DNA of 64,000 nt. Source: a virus. Under the pieces are notes generated by a model, which was not told the origin of the DNA, did no database searches, and worked only from the letters and a program-made list of their open reading frames with translations. A program made the translations under genes and the position numbers. Below are positions 28,916 through 36,940 of this stretch, in pieces (the stretch's first letter is position 1; each line of letters opens with the position of its first letter). The stretch is taken from positions 113,774 through 177,773 of IMG/VR virus record IMGVR_UViG_3300014613_000001. One strand, given 5' to 3'.

Positions 28916-28974
28916 GTCTCCTTGTCTTTAGGACGAGGAGTAAGGATCGTCTCCGAGATAATTGATCTGTTCTC

Positions 28975-29005
28975 ATACCAGCTGGGAGGTTTAGTGATCT
29001 CAGAC
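28975..29005 (+). repeat. 31-nt hairpin repeat, copy C
   Basis: ATACCAG CTGGGA GGTTTAGTGA TCTCAG AC. Confidence 0.9.
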
Positions 29006-29085
29006 GGAACCCAATACAGTCTAATTCTTGGGTATAAGGTGAACGAATTTGGAGACAGACTAAGCTCCTCAAGAAAGGTAGAAAA

Positions 29086-29532
29086 GTGGAAACTACGCAG
29101 TATCCAAGACCACGAGAGTTGTCGTTGAGTGGTGGCCAGAAGAGCGGCAAGACGCATGCCGCATTACTACTGGCCTGGGGGTATTCCCAGGTCGGCTACA
29201 CCGTGGCAGTGTTGTCTGCTAACGGTTCTCGCGGGGCGGCCACGCTGAGGAAGCTACCGAGGCTATCGGTTCCGGAGATACTCCTCAGCATCAAGCATCG
29301 TTGGCTGCTCAATGTCGCGCTGAAGCTGCTGAAGAGCGTCAAACTCGGAAACGTTCTTATCTTTTCGGGTGATCTTGCCCATCAGATGGCGCGCATCCTC
29401 CAGCGAGACTCACTCGACGTCCTGGTCGTCGATGTGGACTACCCCACCGATGAACTGATAGACCTGGTCACGATAGCCAGGAAGCAGTTCCAAGGTCTCT
29501 CGGTTATATGGACAACGGTGCAGTTCCGATGA
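29086..29532 (+). CDS. Small P-loop NTPase-like protein
   Basis: LSGGQKSGKTH Walker A; DVLVVD Walker B. Confidence 0.6.
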   Translation: METTQYPRPRELSLSGGQKSGKTHAALLLAWGYSQVGYTVAVLSANGSRGAATLRKLPRLSVPEILLSIKHRWLLNVALKLLKSVKLGNVLIFSGDLAHQMARILQRDSLDVLVVDVDYPTDELIDLVTIARKQFQGLSVIWTTVQFR

Positions 29533-29634
29533 TTATAGGATCAGTAAAGGCCAGCGAGCTTGATCCAAAATCGCTGCGTGCAGAAGACTATCTGTTCAAC
29601 CCTGACGAAGAGGCGCGCAAACTGGTAGGGTGTC

Positions 29635-29862
29635 ATGAGCAGGTTCACGGAGCAGGAGGTGGAGATCACTGTTGGACCTGTTACAGCTTGGGTACGCCAG
29701 ACGAAATCTCTGGGGGCCGAGATCGACCTGAGCGATCGTGGGATTCACGACGTGATTGTGATCCCAGAAAACCGGATGGTTGCCTACGCGGATGTGTTCG
29801 ATCTTCTATCGAAGGTACTCGGCGCGTGGCAGAGGGGAGGCAAGGAGCAGACGGATGGGTGA
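29635..29862 (+). CDS. Hypothetical protein
   Basis: 75-aa ORF coupled to the next gene. Confidence 0.5.
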   Translation: MSRFTEQEVEITVGPVTAWVRQTKSLGAEIDLSDRGIHDVIVIPENRMVAYADVFDLLSKVLGAWQRGGKEQTDG

Positions 29863-30334
29863 GAATTGGCGCGCGAAGCGCTGCCACGATTGCGGGTGCG
29901 GGCACGATGAGATTCACGAGCTTGGGTGTGATATGGAGCGTTGTCCATACTGCCTGGGACAACTGATCTCCTGTGATTGCGCCTACGAGCTGTTGGGATT
30001 GGTGGATCACGACGAGTATCCAGACACCGGAGGGCTTCCACCCAAGATATATCGCGGTGGCCTGTCCTCGGAGCAGGGAGAAAAGTGGCTTCAATTGATC
30101 AATGTAAGGGGTCGCATCCCCTATCAGAGCCCGGGGCAGCCGGGGATCGCGGACAACGTCTGGTCGGAGTTCGTCCATCCAGACGGCCACTGCTCCCTCT
30201 GTGGGAACTCAGGTGTCATTGACACACGAGGGCACGTAGAGACCGCAGCTGGTTGGAAGGTGGGGGCGAGGTGCTTCTGCATCTGCCCAAACGGGAGGGC
30301 GTGGAAGACCAGTACCGGTAACCCATCTCAATAG
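29855..30334 (+). CDS. Cys-rich hypothetical protein
   Basis: CHDC...H..GCD.ERCP.C.GQLISCDC and C-terminal C.LCGNSG.ID...C.CPNG. Confidence 0.65.
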   Translation: MGENWRAKRCHDCGCGHDEIHELGCDMERCPYCLGQLISCDCAYELLGLVDHDEYPDTGGLPPKIYRGGLSSEQGEKWLQLINVRGRIPYQSPGQPGIADNVWSEFVHPDGHCSLCGNSGVIDTRGHVETAAGWKVGARCFCICPNGRAWKTSTGNPSQ

Positions 30335-30349
30335 GGAAGCTGGATTAGA

Positions 30350-30736
30350 GTGATTGAATACTGGGCAGGCGAAGAGCCGGCCCAGCTCCACCGAGTCGGA
30401 ATCCTCTGGTGGTCAGAGGCCGACGGGCGGCTCATCGCCCGAGGGGGCTTCGACATGGCCGAAGGCTCGGCCGTTACGCTGACCGTGGTCTCCGACTCCC
30501 TCTCCGGGGAGAGGCGTTTCGACGGATCCGTCCACCCCGACCAGGTGGACGAGCTCCTTGACGCCCCGGAGGGCTACCCCCTCCGCATCGAAGAAAACTG
30601 CGGCCAGGCAGGCGAGACGTGGGCAGTCGCTGGGCCAGTCCCCCCGGAGTTTTCCTCGATTCCCCCCGGGTGGAGAATCGAGGAAAAGTGGGTGCACGGG
30701 CACCCGAGTTCATACTACGTAGTGAAGGCGATCTAG
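30350..30736 (+). CDS. Hypothetical protein, first gene of GC-rich island
   Basis: 128-aa ORF; GC-rich codon usage. Confidence 0.55.
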   Translation: MIEYWAGEEPAQLHRVGILWWSEADGRLIARGGFDMAEGSAVTLTVVSDSLSGERRFDGSVHPDQVDELLDAPEGYPLRIEENCGQAGETWAVAGPVPPEFSSIPPGWRIEEKWVHGHPSSYYVVKAI

Positions 30737-30773
30737 GTGCGTTGAGAGGGCCGAGAGGCCCAAGGAGATTGAG

Positions 30774-31137
30774 ATGAATTTTGCGAACCTGACCCCCCAC
30801 GCCATCGTCGTCCGCACGTCGGACGGCGACATCACGCTCGAGCCGACGACCCCGCCGGCTCGAGTCCAGAACACTGCAGGAAATTTCCTGCGGGAGATCG
30901 ACGGCGTCCCGATCTTCTCGGCTGACGTGCCCGGCAAGATTGAGGGGATCCCCCCCCTCACAAGAGGGCACGATGTATGTCGTGTCAGTCGTCGTGGCGG
31001 GGGCGCTGTCGCCCGAGCGACGCGTCGTGGGGGACGTAGTGGTCCCCGCCACCGGCCCGGCGGACGGGGCGATCCGATATTCAGATGGCCCGCGCCGGGG
31101 CCAGATCGAGGCCGTCACGCGGCTGAAGTTGGCGTGA
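30774..31137 (+). pseudogene. NLTPH-family phage protein frameshifted at a C8 run
   Basis: ORF 30774 N-half plus ORF 30940 C-half join as IEGIPPSQEGTMYVVS if one C is removed from 30950-30957. Confidence 0.7.
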
Positions 31138-31242
31138 CGACCGGCCCTGAGCACGGCCGAAAAAAACTGCTCATCTCGTCGCCGGTCAGATTGCTCGCGG
31201 CGGCGGGACCAAGGAAGGGCTAAGAGCCCAGAAGGAAGAGAG

Positions 31243-32523
31243 ATGACGAGGTACGTGGACCTAGACGCTGCGGCGTCCACATCCCCGCTGCCAGCAGTGG
31301 AGGATGCTGTTCGAGCCTTCCTCGCCGAGTACGGTAGTGTCCACCGGGGGAGTGGGCGCCACAGTAAATTGTCCACGGACGCCTATGACCACGCTCGTCG
31401 CGTGATCAGGCGTTTCGTGGGCGCCGGGGAGGAGGACTACGTCCTCTTCACCGGCAACACAACGGGGGCGATGAACGTCATCGCCCACCACCTCTCCTTC
31501 CTTCGGGGAGGGGTGGCGGTCAGCAGCCTGGAGCACAGCTCCTCGTTGCTGCCCTTCGTGAAAGCGGAGGGCGAGCGGGCGGTGCAAGGCCGCCAATTCG
31601 CACTGGAAGAGCTGGACTCTGTTGCCGAGCAGATCCAGCTCGCGGGTCGAAAGAATGTACACAAGTACATCATCGACCCGTTCCGCGGGATCGACCTGGA
31701 GAGCCTGGAAACTCTCCTGTCGACCCATAAGACGAAGGCGGTCGTCCTGACCGCGTCGTCGAACCTCACGGGGTACTGCCCCCCAATCCGTGAGGTTGCG
31801 CGCCTGGCTCACAGCCACGGTGCGCTGTTGGTCCTGGACGGATGCCAGTTCGTCCAGCACCACGTCCTCAACATGGAGGCTGAGGGCGTGGACTTCGTGG
31901 CCGCATCGGGCCACAAGTTCTATGCCCCCTACGGGGGTGGGTTTCTGGTAGGGCCGAAGTGGTTCTTCGACCGCTTCTTGCCCTACCAAATCGGTGGAGG
32001 CAACCTCCCGTACATCACGGGAGATGGCGAGTTTCTTCGGTTCAAGATCGAGCTTGCCCATGACCCCGGTACCCCGAACGCAGTCGGGGCCGTGGCCATG
32101 GCCGCCGCCCTCGAGGAGATGGAGAAGATCGGACTGGACCGGATCTTCTCGCACGAGAAGGCCCTCGCCATGCGGGCGCATGAGGGTCTCAGTTCCATCC
32201 CAGGAGTGGAGCTGTACGTAGAACGGGAGCGGTTGGGCACCGTCGTCCCGTTCAATCTCCGAGGGCAAGACCCCAAAGAGGTTGCCGAAATCCTCTCGAC
32301 GCAGTTTGACATCGGCGTTCGCGCCGGATCGTTCTGTGTCTATGAGGGCGTGCGGCAACTTCTCGGGATCACCCCCGAGGAGGACGCCCGAATCGCCGAG
32401 AGGGTTCGCCTCGGTGATACCAGCAGCATCCCGGGGCTCATCCGAGCCTCGGTGTGCTGGCACACGCGGACCGAGGACGTGGACCGTCTCATCGAGGCGG
32501 TTCGCGTGGTGGCAGGAGGATGA
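31243..32523 (+). CDS. Cysteine desulfurase-like PLP enzyme (aminotransferase class V, SufS-like)
   Basis: YVDLDAAAST; SGHK PLP lysine; GTPN; GVRAGSFC catalytic-Cys loop; IRAS. Confidence 0.85.
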   Translation: MTRYVDLDAAASTSPLPAVEDAVRAFLAEYGSVHRGSGRHSKLSTDAYDHARRVIRRFVGAGEEDYVLFTGNTTGAMNVIAHHLSFLRGGVAVSSLEHSSSLLPFVKAEGERAVQGRQFALEELDSVAEQIQLAGRKNVHKYIIDPFRGIDLESLETLLSTHKTKAVVLTASSNLTGYCPPIREVARLAHSHGALLVLDGCQFVQHHVLNMEAEGVDFVAASGHKFYAPYGGGFLVGPKWFFDRFLPYQIGGGNLPYITGDGEFLRFKIELAHDPGTPNAVGAVAMAAALEEMEKIGLDRIFSHEKALAMRAHEGLSSIPGVELYVERERLGTVVPFNLRGQDPKEVAEILSTQFDIGVRAGSFCVYEGVRQLLGITPEEDARIAERVRLGDTSSIPGLIRASVCWHTRTEDVDRLIEAVRVVAGG

Positions 32524-33662
32524 GTGCCGTCCTCAAGGCGCTGCGGGCCATGCCCGTGAGCGTCAACTGCTACCACGGTGACCCCACCCTCCAGTGGGGC
32601 AACACCGTTCAAAAATTGGAGGATCTCGCTGCCGAAGGCCACACGGGCCCGGTCAGCGTAATCACCAAGGGTGCCCTCGGCCCGGCGAGAGGTAGGAAGC
32701 TCGCTGAGCTGAAGGGGAGACTCCCGGGCCTGCTGGTGATGGTTTCCATCAGCGGACTAGGGAGGGAGTTCGAGAAGGCGGGACACGACCACCGGTACCG
32801 AGCTCTCGCCACCCTGCGGGAGGTGGGGGTCCCCGCCTTCGCGGCTGTCAGGCCGCTGACCCCTCCGTATAACACCACTCCAGAGGTGTTGTACGAGATC
32901 TTCTCTCGACTGCAAGCTGTCGGCTGCGAGACAGCTTGTGTGTCGGGGTTCCGAGGGGACTCATCCCTGATCGAGGCTATGGAGCCGTCGGCAGGGATCG
33001 AGTGGGTCTTGCGGGTGAAGCAGATGACGGGGTTCGACCTCGTCAAGCGGATCGCCGATCAATGCGGCGTCCGCCTGTTCACCCGTGTGTCCTGTTGTGC
33101 GTCCTACCTCACTGGGAGGACTGGGACGTACAACCCCTATTGGGGGTCGCCCCAGTTGGTTCGTTGCGAGGAGATCGGCTGTCCGCTGGTCGACTTCTGT
33201 GGACCAGTGGCCCCTGACCCAGAGGTCGTGTCCTGGCTTGAAAGAGTTGGATACGACCTTCGGGTGGAGCAGCGCTGCCAGGAGCGCTGCCGGTTCAGCG
33301 CGGACAACCGCCTGAACTGTAAGAGCTGCTGTACGACCTGCTTCGTGCAGCCGCAGCCCCGGGTGATTGTGCGCAACGCACGAACTCTCGGGGATTTGGC
33401 CTTCGTCAGGTTCGTTCTCGGCGGGACCCTTGCGGTCAAGCCGGGCATGATTGACGGAGGGGATCGAGACGTTGGGCGAGTCTCGGTTCTGAGTGAGCTC
33501 CTTGGGCAGGAGCTCCACTGCATCAATTCCTGGTGGGTGTGGGCCACCCGCAAGGAGTCCTGCTTCGGGTGCAGGTACTGTATCAGTACCCTCTACCCGG
33601 GGCAGGGCACGGTCGGCTGCCCCCCGGCTGACCTGGCCGACATGGTGGATAGTCATGTTTGA
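32520..33662 (+). CDS. Radical-SAM-like TIM-barrel protein lacking the N-terminal CX3CX2C, with Cys-rich C-terminus
   Basis: HGDP and VITKG segments parallel the neighbour's ITDP and LVTKW; C-terminal CKSCCTTC and CFGCRYC. Confidence 0.6.
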   Translation: MSAVLKALRAMPVSVNCYHGDPTLQWGNTVQKLEDLAAEGHTGPVSVITKGALGPARGRKLAELKGRLPGLLVMVSISGLGREFEKAGHDHRYRALATLREVGVPAFAAVRPLTPPYNTTPEVLYEIFSRLQAVGCETACVSGFRGDSSLIEAMEPSAGIEWVLRVKQMTGFDLVKRIADQCGVRLFTRVSCCASYLTGRTGTYNPYWGSPQLVRCEEIGCPLVDFCGPVAPDPEVVSWLERVGYDLRVEQRCQERCRFSADNRLNCKSCCTTCFVQPQPRVIVRNARTLGDLAFVRFVLGGTLAVKPGMIDGGDRDVGRVSVLSELLGQELHCINSWWVWATRKESCFGCRYCISTLYPGQGTVGCPPADLADMVDSHV

Positions 33663-34530
33663 ACCAGGAAAGCCGGCATGCCCTATCGCATGCCAGTATT
33701 GCTTCATCACGGAGCATGATACCCGGCGCGCGGTGTGGAACCGCGCTTCCATGGCGGGTGTGAACAAGGCGTGTACCTACGTCAATGTCCCGCCCTGGAT
33801 TCGCGAGGACGCCGATGCCCAGCGACGCTTTTCGGTGTTTCCCTGGGACCTGCTCAAAGGTGATGTGGTCGGTTTCACCGCGATCACCGATCCTTGCTGG
33901 CCCCGGCTGGAGCCACAACTCCGGGAATTCTTGGAGCGGGCCGGGACAGCGGCCAAAATGGTGACGCTCGTCACCAAATGGCCGCTGTCTCGCCGACAGG
34001 TTCGGTTCCTGTCCGATGTTCCGAATCTGTTCCTGGTGATCTCGATCACCGGGAACCCACCCCCAATAGAGGGGGTTCCCGTCTCCAAACACCTCGAAAC
34101 CCTTGAGAGGTGCAAAGATGCAGGGATCCCCTCACTCCCGATCGTGCACCCCTACATCAGTGGGGTGAGCGATCTGGGTTTTCTCCCCAACCTGATTGAG
34201 TTGGGGTACGACCAGGTAGGGGTAAAAGGCATCCGGTACTGCGACGCGCACATGGCGTCGTGGATGCCTTCCCTCTCCAGGGGGGCCTACCGTGGTCGTG
34301 AGGACGAGGAGGTGCTGCCAGAAGACGGCTGGCGCCAGCTCGTCGAGGACGCAGGGTTCACCCTGCGTTCTCCCAAGGATTGGTACCTCGAGCAGGTGTC
34401 AACCCTTGGTCCTCACCTAGAACGAGGTGAAGCGGAGAACCTGGTAGATCAGGTCTTCCGTCTCGCCAACGTGACATCATCGTCGGACGACGCTTCTGTC
34501 TGGGAAGCGGCCATTCGACGAAGGATGTAG
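33655..34530 (+). CDS. Radical SAM protein (spore photoproduct lyase-like architecture)
   Basis: CPIACQYC motif at the N-terminus; TDP, VTK, P.I.GVSD segments. Confidence 0.8.
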   Translation: MFEPGKPACPIACQYCFITEHDTRRAVWNRASMAGVNKACTYVNVPPWIREDADAQRRFSVFPWDLLKGDVVGFTAITDPCWPRLEPQLREFLERAGTAAKMVTLVTKWPLSRRQVRFLSDVPNLFLVISITGNPPPIEGVPVSKHLETLERCKDAGIPSLPIVHPYISGVSDLGFLPNLIELGYDQVGVKGIRYCDAHMASWMPSLSRGAYRGREDEEVLPEDGWRQLVEDAGFTLRSPKDWYLEQVSTLGPHLERGEAENLVDQVFRLANVTSSSDDASVWEAAIRRRM

Positions 34531-34572
34531 CTCTGGTACTGAGGTGAGCCGGGGAGACGGGGGGCAGACCCC

Positions 34573-34620
34573 CGCCCCCGCTCCTCGGGGGCTCGGGGCA
34601 GTGAGAGGGCCTGAAGGCCC
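34573..34620 (+). repeat. GC-rich two-hairpin leader element, copy 1
   Basis: 36-nt match (1 mismatch) to 35829-35864, then GGGCC-TGAA-GGCCC before the RBS. Confidence 0.85.
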
Positions 34621-34632
34621 GGAGGAGATGTC

Positions 34633-34878
34633 ATGAAAATAACGTTGAGAAATTCACTCCACAACACGTCCGTCCGCGTCGTCGCTCCCGAGAGCCTCGT
34701 GCTCTCTAAGAGCCAGGTCGCCAGGGCGCGCCGCGCCCTCTGCGGGATGCCCGGGTGCAAGTGCGCGAGCACGGCTCTCGGAACCTACGGCGAGAGTCCC
34801 GAGGGATCAGACGGCACCTTCTATGGTGTCGAGGACCTCTATGACGGTCGCGTTGAGCTGGTCGAGGTGACACGATGA
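34633..34878 (+). CDS. Hypothetical protein
   Basis: GGAGGAG RBS; TLRNSLHNTSV...RRALCGMPGCKC. Confidence 0.65.
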   Translation: MKITLRNSLHNTSVRVVAPESLVLSKSQVARARRALCGMPGCKCASTALGTYGESPEGSDGTFYGVEDLYDGRVELVEVTR

Positions 34879-35075
34879 CCACGACGGACCTGCAAGAGGC
34901 GGCCCTTGCCGCCCTGGCCCGAGCCCAGGAAGCAGAAGCCGCGTTGGCCCGGCTGGTGGCGGAGCACCAGCAGCTCGAGCGCCTGGTGCGCGAGCACTGG
35001 GATGCGTCTCGGCGGGCTGGTATCAGGCCCCACGACGAGCAGCTCCACGCTGGCTATCTCCGGCTGGAGCAGTAG
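34875..35075 (+). CDS. Coiled-coil hypothetical protein
   Basis: ATGA coupling. Confidence 0.55.
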   Translation: MTTTDLQEAALAALARAQEAEAALARLVAEHQQLERLVREHWDASRRAGIRPHDEQLHAGYLRLEQ

Positions 35076-35126
35076 GCCGAAACCGGGGCAACCCGGTCCG
35101 GGCGTAGGGCGCCCGCTGACGAGGCC
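35075..35126 (+). ncRNA. Type II hammerhead ribozyme
   Basis: GGCC-GAAA-CCGGG(GCAA)CCCGG-TC-CGGGCG(TAGGG)CGCCCG-CTGACGA-GGCC: full catalytic core with GUC cleavage triplet. Confidence 0.9.
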
Positions 35127-35148
35127 GTCAGAGCAAGGAGAAGAGAAA

Positions 35149-35616
35149 ATGAACGATCAGAATGAAGCCATCGAAACCACCGGCCGTATTCCTCGGATCG
35201 TCGGCCCCGACGGGGCAGAGGCAGTCGCCACCGAGGTCGGGATCTGCGCCGACTGCGGTTGCGCCGGCCTGGTGTCCGACTGGCCGGGACGCGGCGCGCT
35301 ATGCGCCGCAGCGGATGATGGCCGGCTGATCTGTGACGACTGCGCCGAGCTCGAGGCCGAGCCCGAGCCCATCCCGGAGCCCGTCCCGTGCACGAACGGG
35401 ATAGGCTACGACTGCCACTCGGGGGGCTATCTCCCCGAGTGGTTGATCGCGGCGGTGGCCTCAGCGATAGCCGAGGCCCACGACGACGGAGTGTCGTCGT
35501 GCGGCGGGGGCGCCCCCCTCGCCAACTGGGACCTCGACTGTCCCCTCTGGTCGTCGGAGGGGGAGCGTTCGGCCCGCCATCGGGCCGTCGAGGCCCTGAA
35601 GAAGGGGGTGAAGTGA
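35149..35616 (+). CDS. Cys-rich hypothetical protein downstream of the ribozyme
   Basis: AAGGAG RBS; CADC...CDDC. Confidence 0.6.
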   Translation: MNDQNEAIETTGRIPRIVGPDGAEAVATEVGICADCGCAGLVSDWPGRGALCAAADDGRLICDDCAELEAEPEPIPEPVPCTNGIGYDCHSGGYLPEWLIAAVASAIAEAHDDGVSSCGGGAPLANWDLDCPLWSSEGERSARHRAVEALKKGVK

Positions 35617-35807
35617 TGTATGTAGTTCTGTGTGATCTCGATGAAGGAGCTCATATCTCCTCCTGCCACGAGACGCGGGAGGAGGGGGAGGCGGCACTAG
35701 CCGCCGTCCCGCTCCGAGGAATAACACACGATTGGGCCTCGCTCGTCGAGGTCCATCCGGGGGTGCCCCCGCGGATGGTCGCGGGAAGATGCCCCGACGG
35801 AGAGTAG
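35616..35807 (+). CDS. Hypothetical protein
   Basis: Coupled start; HETREEGEAAL. Confidence 0.55.
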   Translation: MYVVLCDLDEGAHISSCHETREEGEAALAAVPLRGITHDWASLVEVHPGVPPRMVAGRCPDGE

Positions 35808-35828
35808 ACCTCTCCCGTCCCTGGTCAC

Positions 35829-35875
35829 CGCCCCCGCTTCTCGGGGGCTCGGGGCAGTGAGAGGCCGAGAGGCCC
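35829..35875 (+). repeat. GC-rich two-hairpin leader element, copy 2
   Basis: CGCCCCCGCTTCTCGGGGGCTCGGGGCAGTGAGAGG then GGCC-GAGA-GGCC. Confidence 0.85.
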
Positions 35876-35985
35876 AAGAGGAGCTGATATGGCAAGCAAA
35901 AGTGGTCTCCTCATCCCGATGGAGACTCGATCATCTTGCATGATCCACAACATGGTTCGCCAGATACCGAAGTGGGAGAGTCACA

Positions 35986-36492
35986 ATGAGCAGCAAGTAC
36001 GAGAGCATTGGTCGGGGAACGACGAGAGCGATTCTGCGTCGTCACGCTAGCAGCGAGGAACAAAGTTTGCAAAGTCCGCAGGATGAAACGAGTGATCAGC
36101 TTCGTGAGGAGATGAACTACATATACGCTGCACTGGATGAAATCATATCGGCGAATGCCCGGGCCCGGCACGAGGGTCGCGACTCAGCTGTGACGCAGCA
36201 TATGACCGTGCTGGCTCGAGGTGGTTTTGCCGCGCTCGAGTACGCCCGGACGTATTTCATGCTCCTCAACGATACTCGGATCGATTCCGAGAGGCAAAAG
36301 TCCGAACAGGTCAAGAAGGACCGTCTGCTTCATCAAGCGATGGGCCTTCTGGTCACTGTTTGTGGAAAGGAGCGCGTGCCAGCTGAGTGGAGAAGGGATC
36401 TGGCGGCATTCATTGACGAACACGCCGTCGTCAAGTCAGAGGATTTCATTGACGAACACGCCGTCGTCAAGTCAGAGGATGCCGATGCCTGA
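35986..36492 (+). CDS. Hypothetical protein with exact 36-bp tandem duplication
   Basis: FIDEHAVVKSED x2 (36409-36480). Confidence 0.6.
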   Translation: MSSKYESIGRGTTRAILRRHASSEEQSLQSPQDETSDQLREEMNYIYAALDEIISANARARHEGRDSAVTQHMTVLARGGFAALEYARTYFMLLNDTRIDSERQKSEQVKKDRLLHQAMGLLVTVCGKERVPAEWRRDLAAFIDEHAVVKSEDFIDEHAVVKSEDADA

Positions 36493-36925
36493 CTTGGTAG
36501 TGAGGGTTGAAAGTCCTGGCCAGCCCAAGGAGAGCTACCGGGACAGTCCGTTGACCCAAGAATTATCGTCCATGGATCAGCTTCGGGTAGATGTCGACGA
36601 CCTGCGGAAGAAGAACGGAAGTCTCACGCTGAGAGTTGCTAAACTCGAGAGCCGAACCTCAGGACTGGGCGAAGACATACTGCGCCTATCTGGTTCCCGG
36701 GTGCAGTCTCCGATAGGCCGAGCGATATTCCTGCTCGTCAGCGTGATTGTCATGGCGGTCTGCATGATCGTCATGGAGATCGCGCTTCTTTTCGCGTTCA
36801 GTAGAATCGACTGGGAGGGTTCGGGCGGCTTTGAGTACATCGTCTACACTATCTGCGGAGCAAGCTGTCTTGCACTCTCCATAGCCGCATGGACCAAGCT
36901 CCACGACATGCTCGCAAAGCGCTAG
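36485..36925 (+). CDS. Coiled-coil plus two-TM membrane protein
   Basis: Two hydrophobic helices in the C-terminal half. Confidence 0.6.
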   Translation: MPDLVVRVESPGQPKESYRDSPLTQELSSMDQLRVDVDDLRKKNGSLTLRVAKLESRTSGLGEDILRLSGSRVQSPIGRAIFLLVSVIVMAVCMIVMEIALLFAFSRIDWEGSGGFEYIVYTICGASCLALSIAAWTKLHDMLAKR

Positions 36926-36940
36926 ATCAGCAGGTGCAAT

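Noticed and set aside
35249-35259. 11-nt complement (GCCGACTGCGG) to the sequence following repeat G
   Set aside because: Too short to distinguish from chance in a GC-rich 64-kb window.
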